DNA of 64,000 bases from Heterodontus francisci (taxonomy: Eukaryota). Positions 1 to 16,429 of the stretch are shown here, one piece after another. Where the stretch lies: contig NC_090419.1 of the NCBI RefSeq assembly GCF_036365525.1, forward strand, positions 11,718,001-11,782,000, written 5' to 3'. A program made the position numbers and the translations under genes. The notes beneath the pieces were generated by a model. The model made no database searches and was not told the DNA's origin. It saw only the letters and a program-made list of their open reading frames with translations. Position 1 is the first letter of the stretch, and each line of letters starts with the position of its first letter.

Positions 1-214
1 AATTCCTCTCTTACACTGTGGACCTCCCTCGCTCCATGGGGATTGCGTCTCCCCCTGCAGATCTCCGACTCGCTCTAGCACCATGCTCTCTCCCTGTGGA
101 TTCCCCACTCGATCCGTGCGGAGCCTGCACTCTCCCTGTAGATCCCCATCTACCTGTTGACCGCTCCGTTTCTGTGCTCCACATCCCTTTCAGCATTCTT
201 CCAGGCGCACTTAC

Positions 215-420
215 CATAATGTCCTTCTATTCTCGCAGCTCCTGTCAATGTATTGCCTATGTTGCTGCTCGCCCTATTTATACCTCATTCTCCGAAGCCA
301 ACTCGACTTCTTATTGGTCTGTGAGAACAAAGAGCTCCGGTTGCTTGGAGAAACATCAACATAAATGGAACGTTGGTGCTCAGTGTTGATTGTTTGCTTT
401 GTGTAAAAGGCGGGACCAGG
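215..420 (-). promoter_or_regulatory. Promoter and ATG-only exon 1 of an inverted type-A alpha-tubulin gene (A0); the rest of the gene lies left of the window
   Basis: Reverse complement of the A2/A3 promoter: ATG at 217-215 followed by GTAAGT donor, TATAAA at 282-277, CCAAT at 317-313, GC-box-like GGCGGG near 409-414; intron 1 continues to position 1. Confidence 0.85.
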
Positions 421-469
421 TGTTGAAGATGTGAGGAGCACTGGGCAACAAGGGAGACGAGTATTGTTT

Positions 470-2348
470 ATCAGACCCCTATCTCAACCAGAACACTTCA
501 TTCAGACCCCGGTTAATCAAACCCCATCCATCCGGCTCCCGTCAATCAGACCCCAACAGACTCCACCCATTTGATGTATCAGACCACCATCCATCAGATC
601 ACTGCGACCTGTTAGACCCTTTTCTATCTGACTCTCTTCTGTCACATTCCCATCACTCAGACATACTTCAATCAGATTCCATCCATCACATAATCTATGG
701 AACCAACATCGATCAGATCCCCTTCATTCATTCATTCCCTTGTCAACTATACCCCCTCTATCATACTCACATCTTTCAGACCGCATCCATCAGATCTCCG
801 TTTAACATGATTCAGAACCCATATATCAGAAGATCATCCATCAGACCCACAACTATATACAACCAATTATCTCATTCATATCTGCCGTTCCCATATATTA
901 TCTCCCCATGTATTGTAGCTACATCAGTCAGAGCCCTTCTTTCAGATCTCCATTCATCAGACCGTATCAGACTGTATCTATCAACGACATCCCATCAAGC
1001 CCGCGGTTGTCAGGACCAACATTTTCAGAGCCCGTCTGTTTGATACCAATCCACCAGGACCCCACCTGACTGACTGTATCTATTAGACACCTCTGTTAGA
1101 CCCACATCGATCAGATCCACATGTATCAGCTCCCATCTCTCAAAGTCTCATCAGCCAGACCCCACCTATCAGTCCACCATGTATCAGCTCCCTGTGTATC
1201 TGTCCCGCATCTGAATGAGCCCAGCCTTAATTGACACCAGACCGGTGTCAATTATACTCCATCGATCAGACTCAATCCATTAGATTCCATCCATATGTCA
1301 TATCCTCATCATTCCATCTATCAAATTCTCTTCTATCAGACCCACATATGTCACATCACATCTATTAGATCACCATCCGCAGACCCACTTCTGTCTCACC
1401 CCCCAAAAACAGACTTACACCTGCCAGACAATATCTGTCATTCATCATCTATCAACTACACATCTGACAGATCCCAACTAAATAAATTCCCCATCTATCA
1501 GACCCGCTTCATCTAATCCAAATCATTCAGAACTCCGTTTATCAGAGCCCCATCTATCAGACACGATCTAAATGTCCCCTAACTATCATTTTCCCACATA
1601 TCAGATAGCCATCTATCAGACCACATGCTTCAGAGGTCTTCTGAGAGATCCCACATCAACCGTGACAATATCTTTCAGGCCCCAACTCTGACATCTCCAT
1701 CTATCAGACACCCTCCTGACCGGCTCCAGCTACCAGACCCACATCTATCCATGCCCATGTACCAGACCTCATCTATCAGGCACCAACCGATCAGAGCTGC
1801 ATCAGTGACAGTTATCCATCAGATCGATACCTCATTCATCTACTGCTAACAAACCGACGACCAGCAAATCTCATCTATCAGACGCATATCGATCAGATCT
1901 CATCTATGAGACGCCCATCTATCAGCTCCCCATCTATCACTTCCTTATCGACCAGTCCCTCATCAATGAGACACGGAACTGCTCTCTATCAGACCCCATA
2001 TGCAAGACCTCATCTCTCAAAACCATCTCGATCAGACATCCACGCCTCATACCTCTTCGATCAGATCCAACCAATCAAAACCCCGCCCCCACCCGCCGCA
2101 CACCCGCACCCTCCCATCAGACCCGGGTCAGTCTGATCCCCATGTATCACACGCCAATCAATCAGACCCCGCCCCCATCTATCAGAATAACATCTGGTCG
2201 CCGCACGTCCATCAGACTCCACCAATCAGAAACACATCTAACAGATCGACATCTTTCAGACGACCATCTGTCAGACATCCACCCATCCAAACATCATCCA
2301 TCAGATCCCTATGTATCAGACACAATCTGTCAGATTTCATCTCTCTGA
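470..2348 (-). repeat. Degenerate TCTGATAGATG-rich spacer (inverted copy of the B-to-A spacer)
   Basis: Dense CATCTATCAGA / CCCATCTATCAG variants; reverse complement of 10580-12550 and 63460-64000. Confidence 0.8.
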
Positions 2349-4060
2349 TTCAGTGAAGACACATGCAAAGCACTCATTAAGTACCCTGGTGATGACCTTT
2401 GCCTTCACAGAGAGATTTCATTTCAGGTCCTCAATCAGCTCAAATTTGTCTTCCACTACCCTTTTACTCTTTATCTGCTTAAAAAAGGCTTTGGTGATCC
2501 CTTTTATATTACCTATTGATCTATTCTTATGCATTCTCTTTGCCCATCCATTTTTTTTATCCAGTTCTCCTCTGCACTTTCTGTACACAGCTTGAATAAC
2601 ATATTATGAAGCTGATATTAATTGTTAGCGACCTTTTCCTCTTTCTTTTTCATCTCCATTTCTTTAGTCATCCAGGTAGCTCCAGGATTGCAAGCCATTC
2701 CTGTCCCCCTGATAGGAATTAGGATCATTGATGTTCTCCCATTATTATTACTCTATTGTTTTACCATTTATCGGAACTGTTCCTTCCAATTTACTCCTCC
2801 ACTGTCTTCCTTCTATTTGGTGCTTTACAGTATAGACATGGCAAGGTAAAAGCTCCTCCTCGCACTCATTAGCTCGAACCAGATAGATACAGTCCACAGT
2901 CAAACTCCGGCCTTGCTGGTAATTCCTAAATCAGAAGCATGAAGTTACAGAACTAGACATTGACGCTACCTATATACACCATCCCCGTCGTTGCCCTCAA
3001 TGTCGGCACCTCTGAGCTAGGGATGACAGACCAGCCATTGAAATGTTTTGTTCTCAGGATCTGAGTATCTCTGCCAAGGCTGGCATTCATTGCCCATTCG
3101 CAATTCTCCCAAGAACATGGAGTTGACTTTCTCAATAGGAACCGTTCTTACAACGGAGCGGCTTGCAATGTGGTTTAAGGGTCAAGCACATTATAGGACT
3201 GGGGTCACATGTGGGCTCAGCAGTGTCACGAGTGGTAGCTTCACTTCCCATGAAGGGAGTTATTGAGTCTGTTGGAATTTGATGATCGTCCGCTAAACCT
3301 TTATGGTCAGTGGGCATGGTGTAAACTCACCAATTTATTGGATTCAATGACACTACTTGACTGATGGTCTTTGAGGACAGAAGCCCTGGATCCAGTACCA
3401 TAACTATGACACTATGGTGCCCTGATTGGGATGGACATGTCTGTGGGAGAGGGCGTGTGCGAGGATCAAGGATGGGATGGACTGACAAGGCCCCGGTGCG
3501 AAGATTATCCATTGTGGCAAGGTGCTGGAAGGCCAGCAGGCCGCTGTGAAATGGAACCAGGATGAATCAGCAGCAGGAGAGGGAGGGAGATAAAGTGGGA
3601 GGGAGACAGAGGAAGGAAGACTGATGCAGAGTGGAGAGAGAGAAAGGAAGAGAGAGAAAGGGGAAATGTGAACTGACAAAGGCAGTAACATGAAGGTAGA
3701 GATGAACGAGAGAACAGGCTAGAGGCCCCTTTGCGAGGTCTAACACCCTCTCGGGTGCCCCCGAAAGTAAAATGTGTTCTAATTGCAGGATCCTGCGGGT
3801 TTTATGAACTCCCGTTCTGGCTTCAATGATCCTCTTTGAACTTCAAGTATTATCACACCGTGTTTTCCAACCTCTTGTATATTCTTAGCATTCAAACGGA
3901 CACAATTCAAAAATCATTTGCAAATACATTTATTTTCATAATTATGATTATTAACATCGATGTGAAATTAAGTTAAAGCTTTGGACTCTCTACATTAATA
4001 AGTTTTTTTGCGACTTGAGAAATTTAATTAAACTATTTTAACATTCTAAATGAATAAATC

Positions 4061-5567
4061 TTATTCTTCCTCCTCCTCTGCCCTTCTGTCCAGATAGGAT
4101 GAATCGACGCCCACCTCTTCGTAATCCTTCTCGAGTGAGGCCAGGTCCTCCCGTGCGTCCTGGAACTCCCCTTCCTCCAGGCCCTCCCCGACGTACCAGT
4201 GCACAAAGGCCCGCTTGGCGTACATCTTGTCGAATTTGAGGTTGAGGCGGGTCCAAGCGAAAGCAATGGCGGTGGTGTTGCTCAGCATACAGAGAGCTCG
4301 CTGCACCTTTGCCAGGTCGCCCCCTGGCACCACCGTCGGCGGCTGGTAGTTGATGCCAACCTGTGGGGGGAAAGGACATTTGTCAGATTTCAGTGACAGA
4401 AGAAATCGCTTCAACATCAGACGGCCCATTAATTGTCAGACAGGTAAATCTATCAGCGAGTTTGGGTGTTTGTACGAAATCCCTGCTCTGGTTATTCACT
4501 CGACTCTTCCCCATGGTTTAAAGGTTCAGTTTCTGGTGGAAGGTCACTGTGTAATGAGGCTGCAATCAAGAGACAATTCAATTCCTCATTTCATTGTCTC
4601 CAACCAGGTCTTGACTGTTAGGAAGGTTTTTGTTGTATGGAGGCAGGAATTCCCCTGAGACATTCAGGGCTGCAAGTAAACATTAATCTGAGAGATTTCC
4701 ACCTCAACCCTCAGAGGGAGCTGGTCTTTGGGCCAGGAATGGGGAGGGTCTGTTCCATTTCACTTCCTGAATGGAGGAACAGCTTTTTACTCGGGGTGAA
4801 CAGAGTGTTGTTCATATGTGAGATCAGATTCCCACAATCCATGTTTCCCCAGGGCCCCATGGATTGGACACAAAAGCCACTCTTACCTTGAACCCAGTCG
4901 GGCACCAATCAACAAACTGGATCGAGCGCTTGCTCTTGATGGTGGCGATGGAGGCGTTGACATCCTTGGGCACCACGTCTCCTCGGTACAGCATGCAGCA
5001 CGCCATGTACTTGCCCTGGCGGGGGTCGCACTTCACCAGCTGGTTGGCTGGCTCAAAGCATGAGTTGGTGATCTCCGCCACCGTGAGTTGCTCGTGGTAA
5101 GCCTTCTCGGCCGATATAAGGGGCGCAAAGGTGGCCAGAGGGAAGTGAATTCGGGGATAGGGGACCAGGTTGGTTTGGAACTCAGTCAGGTCCACGTTGA
5201 GGGCACCGTCGAACCGCAGCGACGCCGTGATGGACGACACTACCTGTGCAATGAGACGGTTGAGGTTGGTGTAGGTCGGTCGCTCAATGTCAAGGTTACG
5301 CCGGCAGACGTCGTAAATGGCCTCATTGTCCACCATGAAGGCGCAGTCAGAGTGCTCGAGGGTGCAGTGGGTGACGAGTACGGAGTTGTACGGCTCGACC
5401 ACCGCGGTGGAAATCTGCGGCGCGGGGTAAACGGAAAACTCCAGTTTGGATTTCTTGCCGTAGTCGACGGAGAGTCTCTCCATCAGGAGGGAAGTAAAGC
5501 CTGAGCCGGTCCCACCCCCGAAACTGTGGAAGATGAGGAAACCCTGCAGTCCTGTACACAGATCAGC
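4061..5567 (-). pseudogene. TUBA: 5'-truncated type-B alpha-tubulin copy (exons 4 and 5 only), inverted
   Basis: Exon 4 complement(4887..5567), 681 nt, ADLCTGLQ...CPTGFK; exon 5 complement(4061..4360), VGINY...RRAEEEEE*. Intron-3 homology with B genes stops at ~6204; no exons 1-3 upstream on this strand. Confidence 0.85.
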
Positions 5568-6203
5568 CTGTGGGTAAATAACACATGCACAACCCATTAA
5601 AATGGAGCAGGATATGGGCGTATCGTCAAAGCATTGGGAAAAACTGGACATGAGGGAAAATACTGACTATCCCTGCTGGATGTGACAGTGAGGACATGAG
5701 ATGGAGCCACTTGCAGCCCAGGTGTGGGACAATGGGAGCTGGAGAGGAGGCATTGGGTACAAAGGGGTGGAAGGGACAGCGGGTGCTGGGAGCCCTGTGG
5801 AGTTCAGGCAAAGGACGCGGAAGAGGAAGCAGAACCTGTCCAGGACCAGAATTCCGGGATTCACAAACTTTGACTCAAGAGAGGGAACGAATTGCATGAT
5901 CGATCTGAGTGTGAAATTGAGGCAGCGGACTTCCCGCCTGTTATAGAACCCGGTCGATTTTCACCAGGCGGGAATTCCGCACAAAAATTGGGGCACTCGC
6001 AGTGAACAGGAAAAATCTCGCCTGACTGAGTTTGCACCCAGCAACCGCGAACAGAGCGGAACCCTCCAGAGTAAATTCCCTGTGATTGTCTTCAAGGATA
6101 TTATTTGTCCATTTGCTCTTAATGCAAATCAGATAAATGGTTTTTCATCAGATAAGTAGGCCTGGGCAATGGCTGAAAGTTAAACAGTACAGTCGGAGCC
6201 GGT

Positions 6204-6360
6204 GTCCCTGTCGACCATGTATGCAGGAAGTGTATACATCTGCAGCGACTGACTACCTGCATTACAGAGCTGGAGCTGCGGGTGGATTCACTGTGGAGCA
6301 TCCGCGATGCTGAGAACATTGTGGATTGCACGTTTAGTGAGGTGGTCACACCGGAGGTAA
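6204..6360 (+). mobile_element. CR1-type LINE ORF1 fragment (Cys motif plus coiled coil)
   Basis: + frame reads VPVDHVCRKCIHLQRLTTCITELELRVDSLWSIRDAENIVDCTFSEVVTPEV, resembling the CxxC/leucine-zipper N-terminus of vertebrate CR1 ORF1p; starts where tubulin intron homology ends. Confidence 0.6.
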
Positions 6361-6635
6361 TGGCGATGATCAATCAGATCCCAGGACAAACCCACATGCA
6401 TCACAGTTCTCTCTAAGGCGCTCGTCAGTTAGGCCCCATCTTTCAGCCTTCCATCCATCTGGCCCCCCTCTATCCGAATCAAGTGCTTCAGATCCACATT
6501 TGTTCGCTCATTCTGCTCTCCCTAAACTTGAGGAATTAGAAAACCTGTCTTCACTCGCACCAATTCTCATTCCCCCATCACCTGCTGTGCTCGCTGACCT
6601 CCCGCTCAAAGAATGAACGAAAGTACTATTTCTAT

Positions 6636-6896
6636 CTCCCTATCTCTGTAACCTCCTCCAGCCCCTACAACCCTCCCTATCTCTGCAACCTCCTGCAACC
6701 CCTGCAACCTTCCCTATATCTGTAACCTCCTCTAGCCCCTACAACCCTCCCTATCTCTGTAACCTCCTCCAGCCCCTACAACCCTCCCTATCTCAGTAAC
6801 CTCCTCCAGCCCCTACAACCCTCCCTATCTCTGTAACCTCCTCCAGCCCCTACAACCCTCCCTATATCTGTAACCTCCTCTAGCCCCTACAACCCT
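6636..6896 (+). repeat. 37-bp minisatellite, ~7 copies (CTCCCTATCTCTGTAACCTCCTCCAGCCCCTACAACC), probably expanded from an L2-type LINE 3' remnant
   Basis: Direct tandem copies visible; upstream CCCCATCACCTGCTGTGCTCGCTGACCT (~6572-6600) resembles L2 ORF2 3' sequence (recognised from memory). Confidence 0.85.
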
Positions 6897-7375
6897 TAGG
6901 GTTCACTGCGAGTGCGGCAATTTTGTGTGCGGAATACCCGCCTAATAAAATCGGACGGGTTCTCTAACAGGCGGGAAGTCCGCTGCTTCAATTTTCCAGC
7001 GAGATCGAACATGCAATTCTTTCCCTCTCCTCCGTCAAAGTTTCGGCGACCGATCAGGGGAATCGCTAAGCAACCTTCCGGCCTGCCTTCCAAGTCTTTT
7101 CTGTGAATCCAGGAATTCTGGTCCTGGACAGGTTCTGCTTCCTCCGCAGTGTTCTCAGCTTCCGCTGTCCCTTCCACCCCTATGTTCCCAATGCCTCCTT
7201 AACAATTCCCATTGTCCCACACATGGGCTGCAACTGGCTCCATCTCATGTCCTCACTGCCACATCCAAAAGGATAGTCAGTATTTTCCCTCATGTCCAGT
7301 TTTTCCCAATGCTTTGACGATACGCCCATATCCTGCTCCATTTTAATGGGTTGTGCATGTGTTATTTACCCACAG

Positions 7376-8882
7376 GCGGATCTGTGTACAGGACTGCAGG
7401 GTTTCCTCATCTTCCACAGTTTCGGGGGTGGGACCGGCTCAGGTTTTACTTCCCTCCTGATGGAGAGACTCTCCGTCGACTACGGCAAGAAATCCAAACT
7501 GGAGTTTTCCGTTTACCCCGCGCCGCAGATTTCCACCGCGGTGGTCGAGCCGTACAACTCCGTACTCGTCACCCACTGCACCCTCGAGCACTCTGACTGC
7601 GCCTTCATGGTGGACAATGAGGCCATTTACGACGTTTGCCGGCGTAACCTTGACATTGAGCGACCGACCTACACCAACCTCAACCGTCTCATTGGACAGG
7701 TAGTGTCGTCCATCACGGCGTCGCTGCGGTTCGACGGTGCCCTCAACGTGGACCTGACTGAGTTCCAAACTAACCTGGTCCCCTATCCCGGAATTCACTT
7801 CCCTCTGGCCACCTTCGCGCCACTTATTTCGGCCGAGAAGGCTTACCACGAGCAACTGTCGGTGGCGCAGATCACCAACTCATGCTTTGAGCCAGCCAAC
7901 CAGCTGGTGAAGTGCGACCCCCGCCAGGGCAAGTACATGGCGTGCTGCATGCTGTACCGAGGAGACGTGGTGCCCAAGGATGTCAACGCCTCCATCGCCA
8001 CCATCAAGAGCAAGCGCTCGATCCAGTTTGTTGATTGGTGCCCGACTGGGTTCAAGGTAAGAGTGGCTTTTGTGTCCAATCCATGGGGCCCTGGGGAAAC
8101 ATGGATTGTGGGAATCTGATCTCACATATGAAAAACACTCTGTTCACCCCGAGTAAAAAGCTGTTCCTCCATTCAGGAAGTGAAATGGAACAGACCCTCC
8201 CCATTCCTGGCCCAAAGACCAGCTCCCTCTGAGGGTTGAGGTGGAAATCTCTCAGATTAATTTTTACTTGCAGCCCTGAATGTCTCAGGGGAATTCCTGC
8301 CTCCATACAACAAAAACCTTCCTGACAGTCAAGACCTGGTTGGAAACAATGAAATGAGGAATTGAATTGTCTCCTGATTGCAGCCTCATTACACAGTGAC
8401 CTTCCACCAGAAACTGAAACTTTAAACCATGGGGAAGAGTCGAGTGAATAACCAGAGCAGGGATTTCGTACAAAAACCCAAACTCGCTGATAGATTTACC
8501 TGTCTGACAATTAATGGGCCGTCTGATGTTGAAGCGATTTCTTCAGTCACTGAAATCTGACAAATGTCCTTTCCCCCCACAGGTTGGCATCAACTACCAG
8601 CCGCCGACGGTGGTGCCAGGGGGCGACCTGGCAAAGGTGCAGCGAGCCCTCTGTATGCTGAGCAACACCACCGCCATTGCTTTCGCTTGGACCCGCCTCA
8701 ACCTCAAATTCGACAAGATGTACGCCAAGCGGGCCTTTGTGCACTGGTACGTCGGGGAGGGCCTGGAGGAAGGGGAGTTCCAGGACGCACGGGAGGACCT
8801 GGCCTCACTCGAGAAGGATTACGAAGAGGTGGGCGTCGATTCATCCTATCTGGACAGAAGGGCAGAGGAGGAGGAAGAATAA
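7376..8882 (+). pseudogene. TUBA: 5'-truncated type-B alpha-tubulin copy (exons 4 and 5 only)
   Basis: Exon 4 7376..8056, exon 5 8583..8882. Intron-3 homology begins at ~6901 right after the minisatellite; no exons 1-3. Carries R264G (GGA 7790-7792) and A-type patches ([13 protein letters not shown]). Confidence 0.85.
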
Positions 8883-9505
8883 GATTTATTCATTTAGAAT
8901 GTTAAAATAGTTTAATTAAATTTCTCAAGTCGCAAACAGACTTATTAATGTAGAGAGTCCAAAGCTTTAACTTAATTTCACATCGATGTTAATAATCATA
9001 ATTATGAAAATAAATGTATTTGCAAATGATTTTTGAATTGTGTCCGTTTGAATGCTAAGAATATACAAGAGGTTGGAAAACACGGTGTGATAATACTTGA
9101 AGTTCAAAGAGGATCATTGAAACCAGAACGGGAGTTCATAGAACCCGCAGGATCCTGGAATTAGTACACATTTTACTTTCGGGGGCACCCGAGAGGGTGT
9201 TAGACCACGCAAAGGGGCCTCTAGCCTGTTCTCTCGTTCACCTCTCCCTTCATGTTACTGCCTTTGTCAGTTCACATTTCCCCTTTCTCTCTCTCCACTC
9301 TGCATCAGTCTCCCTTCCTCTGTCTCCCTCCCGCTTTATCTCTCTCCCTCTCCTGCTGCTGAGTCATCCTGCTTCCATTTCACAGCGGCCTGCTGGCCTT
9401 CCAGCACCTTGCCACAATGGATAATCTTCGCACCGGGGCCTTGTCACTCCATCCCATCCTTGATCCTCGCACACGCCCTCTCCCACAGACATGTCCATCC
9501 CAATC

Positions 9506-9890
9506 GGGGCACCATAGTGTCATGGTTATGGTACTGGATCCAGGGCTTCTGTCCTCAAAGACCATCAGTCAAGTAGTGTCATTGAATCCAATAAATTGGT
9601 GAGTTTACACCATGCCCACTGACCATAAAGGTTTGGCGAACGATCATCAAATTCCAACAGACTCAATATCTCCATTCAGAGGAAGGGAAGCTGCCACTCG
9701 TGACACTGCTGAGCCCACATGTGACCCCAGTCCTATCATGTGTGCGTGACCCTTGAACCATATTGCAAGCCGCTCCGTTGTAAGAACAGTTCCTATTGAG
9801 AAGGTCAACTCCATGTTCTGGGAGAATTGCGAATGGGCAATGAATGCCAGCCTTGGCAGAGATACTCAGATCCTGAGAACAAAACATTTC
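9506..9890 (+). mobile_element. Old degenerate tRNA-derived SINE (Deu-domain/SacSINE-like) downstream of each B gene
   Basis: 5' GGGCACCATAGTGTCATGGTTATGGTACTGGATCCAG (tRNA-like head), GGAAGGGAAGCTGCC, CACATGTGACCCCAG, 3' GGGCAATGAATGCCAGCCTTGGCAGAGA...CAGATCCTGAGAAC. Copies at ~22235-22619, 36891-37270, 49651-50033, 62386-62769 and inverted 3041-3423. Family recognised from memory. Confidence 0.5.
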
Positions 9891-10099
9891 AATGGCTGGT
9901 CTGTCATCCCTAGCTCAGGGTTGCCTACATTGAGGGCAACGACGGGGATGGTGTATATAGGTAGAGTCAATGTCTAGTTCTGTAACTTCATTCTTCTGTT
10001 TGGGAATTACCAGCAAGGCCGGAGTTTGACTGTGGACTGTATATATGTGGTTAGAGCTAATGAGTGTGAGGAGGAGCTTTTACCTTTCCATGTCTATAC

Positions 10100-10579
10100 C
10101 GGAAAGCACCAAATCGAAGGAAAACAGTGGAGGAGTAAATTTAAAGGAATATTTCTGAAAAATGGTAAAACAATAGAGTAGTAATAATGGGGGAACATCC
10201 ATGATCCTAATTCCTATCAGGGGGACAGGAAGGGCTTGCAAACCTGGAGCTACCTGGATGACTAAAGAAATTGAGATGAAAAAGAAACAGGAAAAGGTCG
10301 CTAACAATTAATATCAGTTTCATAATATGTTATTCAAGCTGTGTACTGAAAGTGCAGAGGAGAACTGGATAAAAAAAATGGATGGGCAAAGAGAATGCAT
10401 AAGAATAGATCAATAGGTAATATAAAAGGGATCACCAAAGCCTTTTTTAAGCAGATAAAAAGTAAAAGATAGTCGAAGAAAGGTTTGGGCAGATTGAGGA
10501 CCTGAAATGAAATCTCTCTGTGAAGGCAAAGGACATCACCAGGGTACTTAATGAGTGCTTTGCATGTGTCTTCACTGAA
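10100..10579 (+). mobile_element. Highly decayed CR1 LINE ORF2 fragment (endonuclease/linker), present in every unit
   Basis: Remnants of NRVVIMG (CAATAGAGTAGTAATAATGGGG), PWMTKEI, KAFFKQIKSK and VLNECFACVFT motifs with frameshifts. Copies at ~22830-23307, 37480-37958, 50240-50720, 62980-63461, inverted 2349-2830. Confidence 0.65.
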
Positions 10580-12550
10580 TCAGAGAGATGAAATCTGACA
10601 GATTGTGTCTGATATATAGGGATCTGATGGATGATGTTTGGATGGGTGGTTGTCTGACAGATGGTCGTCTGAAAGATGTCGATCTGTTAGATGTGTTTCT
10701 GATTGGTGGAGTATGATGGACGTGGGGAGGCGAGATGTTGGTCTGATAGATGGGGGCGGGGTCTGATTGATTGGCGTGTGATACATGGGGATCTGACAGA
10801 CCGGGGTCTGATGGGAGGGTGTGCGGGTGAGCGGGGGGGTAGGGGAGTGTTCTGATTGGTTTGAGCTGATAGAAGGGCTGTGACGCGTGGTTGCCTGGTG
10901 AATGTGGTTTTGAGAGATGGGGTCTTTTAGATGGGGTCTGATAGAGTGTGACTACGTGTTTCTGATGAGGATCTGGGCGATAAGAGAGTGATAGATGGGG
11001 AGCTGATAGATGGGCGTCTCATAGATGAGATCTGATCGATATGCGTCTGATAGATGAGATTTGCTGGTCGTCGGTTTGTTAGCAGTAGATGAATGAGGTA
11101 TCGATCTGATGGATAACTGTCACTGATGCAGCTCTGATCGATTGGTGCCTGATAGATGAGGTCTGGTACATGGGGATGGATAGATGTGGGTCTGGTAGCT
11201 GGAGCCGGTCAGGAGGGTGTCTGATAGATGGAGATGTCAGAGTTGGGGCCTGAAAGATATTGTCACGGTTGATGTGGGATCTCTCAGAAGACGTCTGAAG
11301 CATGTGGTCTGATAGATGGCTATCTGATATGTGGGGAAATGATAGTTAGGGGACATTTAGATCGTGTCTGACAGATGGAGCTCTGATAAGCGGTGTTCTG
11401 AATGATTCGGAGTAGATGAAGCGGGTCTGATAGATGTGGATTTTATTTAGTTGGGATCTGTCAGATGTGTAGTTGATAGATGATGAATGACAGATATTGT
11501 CTGGCAGGTGTAAGTCTGTTTTTGGGGGGTGAGACAGAAGTGGGTCTGCGGATGGTGATCTAATAGATGTGGTGTGACATATGTGGGTCTGATAGAAGAG
11601 AATCTGATAGATGGAATGATGAGGATATGACATATGGATGGAATCTAATGGATTGAGTCTGATCGATGGAGTCTAATTGACACCGGTCTGGTGGATGTGG
11701 GTGTTAAGGATGGGCCCACACAGACGCGGGACAGATGCATAGGGATCTGATACATGGTGGACTGATAGTTGGGGTCTGGCTGATGAGACTTTGAGAGATG
11801 GGAGCTGATACATGTGGATCTGATCGATGTGGGTCTAACAGAGGTGTCTAATAGATACAGTCAGACAGCTGGGGTCCTGGTGGATTGGTATCAAACAGAC
11901 GGGCTCTGAAAATGTTGGTCTTGATAACCGCGGGCTTGATGGGATGTCGTTGATAGATACAGTCTGATACGGTCTGATGAGTGGAGATGGGCTCTGACAG
12001 ATGTAGGTGCAGTACATGGGTGGTTGATGGTCGGCACAGACTCGGTGGGCCGAAGGGCCTGTTTCAGTGCTGTATCTCTAAACTAAACTAAACTACATGG
12101 GGAGCTAATACATGGGAGCGGCTGAAATGTATCAGATAATTGGTTTTAAAGAGTTGAGGGTCTAATGGATGATCTTCTGATATATGGGTTCTGAATGATG
12201 TTAAACGGGGATCTGATGGTAGCGGTCTGAAAGATGTGAGTATGATAGAGGGGGTATAGTTGACACTGAAATGAAGAATGATAGGGTTCTAATCGATGTT
12301 AGTTTCACAGATTGTGTCTGATGGATGGGGACTGATTGATGTATGTCTGAGTGATGGGAATCTGAAAGAAGAGAGTCAGATAGAAAAGGGTCTGACAGGT
12401 AGCAGTCATCTGATGGATAGTGGTCTGATATATGGAATGGGTGGAGTCTGTTGGGGTCTGATTGACGGGGGCCGGATGGATGGGGTCTGATTAACCGGGT
12501 GTGAATGAAGTGTTCTGGTTGATCACGGTTTGAGATGGGGGTCTGATAAA
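10580..12550 (+). repeat. Degenerate TCTGATAGATG(GGG)-rich spacer upstream of type-A genes
   Basis: Dozens of TCTGATAGATG / GATCTGAT variants, G/T-rich on the + strand. Copies at 23308-26400 (split by CR1), 37960-39970, 50720-52700, 63460-64000. Confidence 0.8.
12021..12093 (+). mobile_element. 73-bp extremely 5'-truncated CR1-family 3' end (or CR1-tailed SINE) with 8-bp TSD
   Basis: TGGTCGGCACAGACTCGGTGGGCCGAAGGGCCTGTTTCAGTGCTGTATCT plus (CTAAA)n tail, flanked by TACATGGG at 12013-12020 and 12094-12101; other units have a single TACATGGG. Confidence 0.8.
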
Positions 12551-12609
12551 CAAAGCTCGTCTCCCTTGTTGCCCAGTGCTCCTCACATCATCAATTGTGG
12601 CCAACACTT

Positions 12610-12809
12610 GGTCCCGCCTTTTACACAAAACAGCCAATCAGCCCTGAGGACCAACGTTCCATTTATGTTGATGTTTCTCCAAGCAACCGGAGCCCTTTGT
12701 TCTCACAGACCAATAAGAAGTCGAGTTGGCTTCGGAGAATGAGGTATAAATAGGGCGAGCAGCAACATAGGCAACACATTGACAGGAGCTGCGAGAATAG
12801 AAAGACATT

Positions 12810-12812
<3 letters not shown>
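12610..12812 (+). promoter_or_regulatory. Type-A promoter: GC box, two CCAAT boxes, TATA
   Basis: CCCGCC 12613-12618, CCAAT 12634-12638 and 12710-12714, TATAAA 12745-12750, 65 nt before the ATG. Equivalent TATAAA at 26589, 40155, 52901. Confidence 0.75.
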
Positions 12813-16158
<3,346 letters not shown>

Positions 16159-16429
16159 GTTTTATTAGTTTAGAAAGTACAAAGATTTTAACGTTTATTC
16201 ATATTGATCTTATAACTTTTATTGAAGTAAATAAATTTATTGTAAATGATTTTGGAAGTGTGTCTCATTAAAGCACAAATGCACGAGAAGGGATTGAGAA
16301 ACACGGTGTAAAAGAAGACAGAAGATGATCAATGGTCCCAGAAAGTGGGTTAATCAAACTCCACAGAGATGCAGGCCAAGTGTCACACAGCATTTCAATC
16401 ATTAAAACACTGTCCTAGAGTAGAGGTGG

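Noticed and set aside
6636-6896. 37-bp repeats as a CRISPR array
   Set aside because: Head-to-tail repeats with no unique spacers, in a vertebrate context with no cas genes.
6205-6900. Bidirectional promoter or new exons driving the two truncated B copies
   Set aside because: The spacer is repeat debris with no TATA/CCAAT module or tubulin exons 1-3; there is no sequence support.
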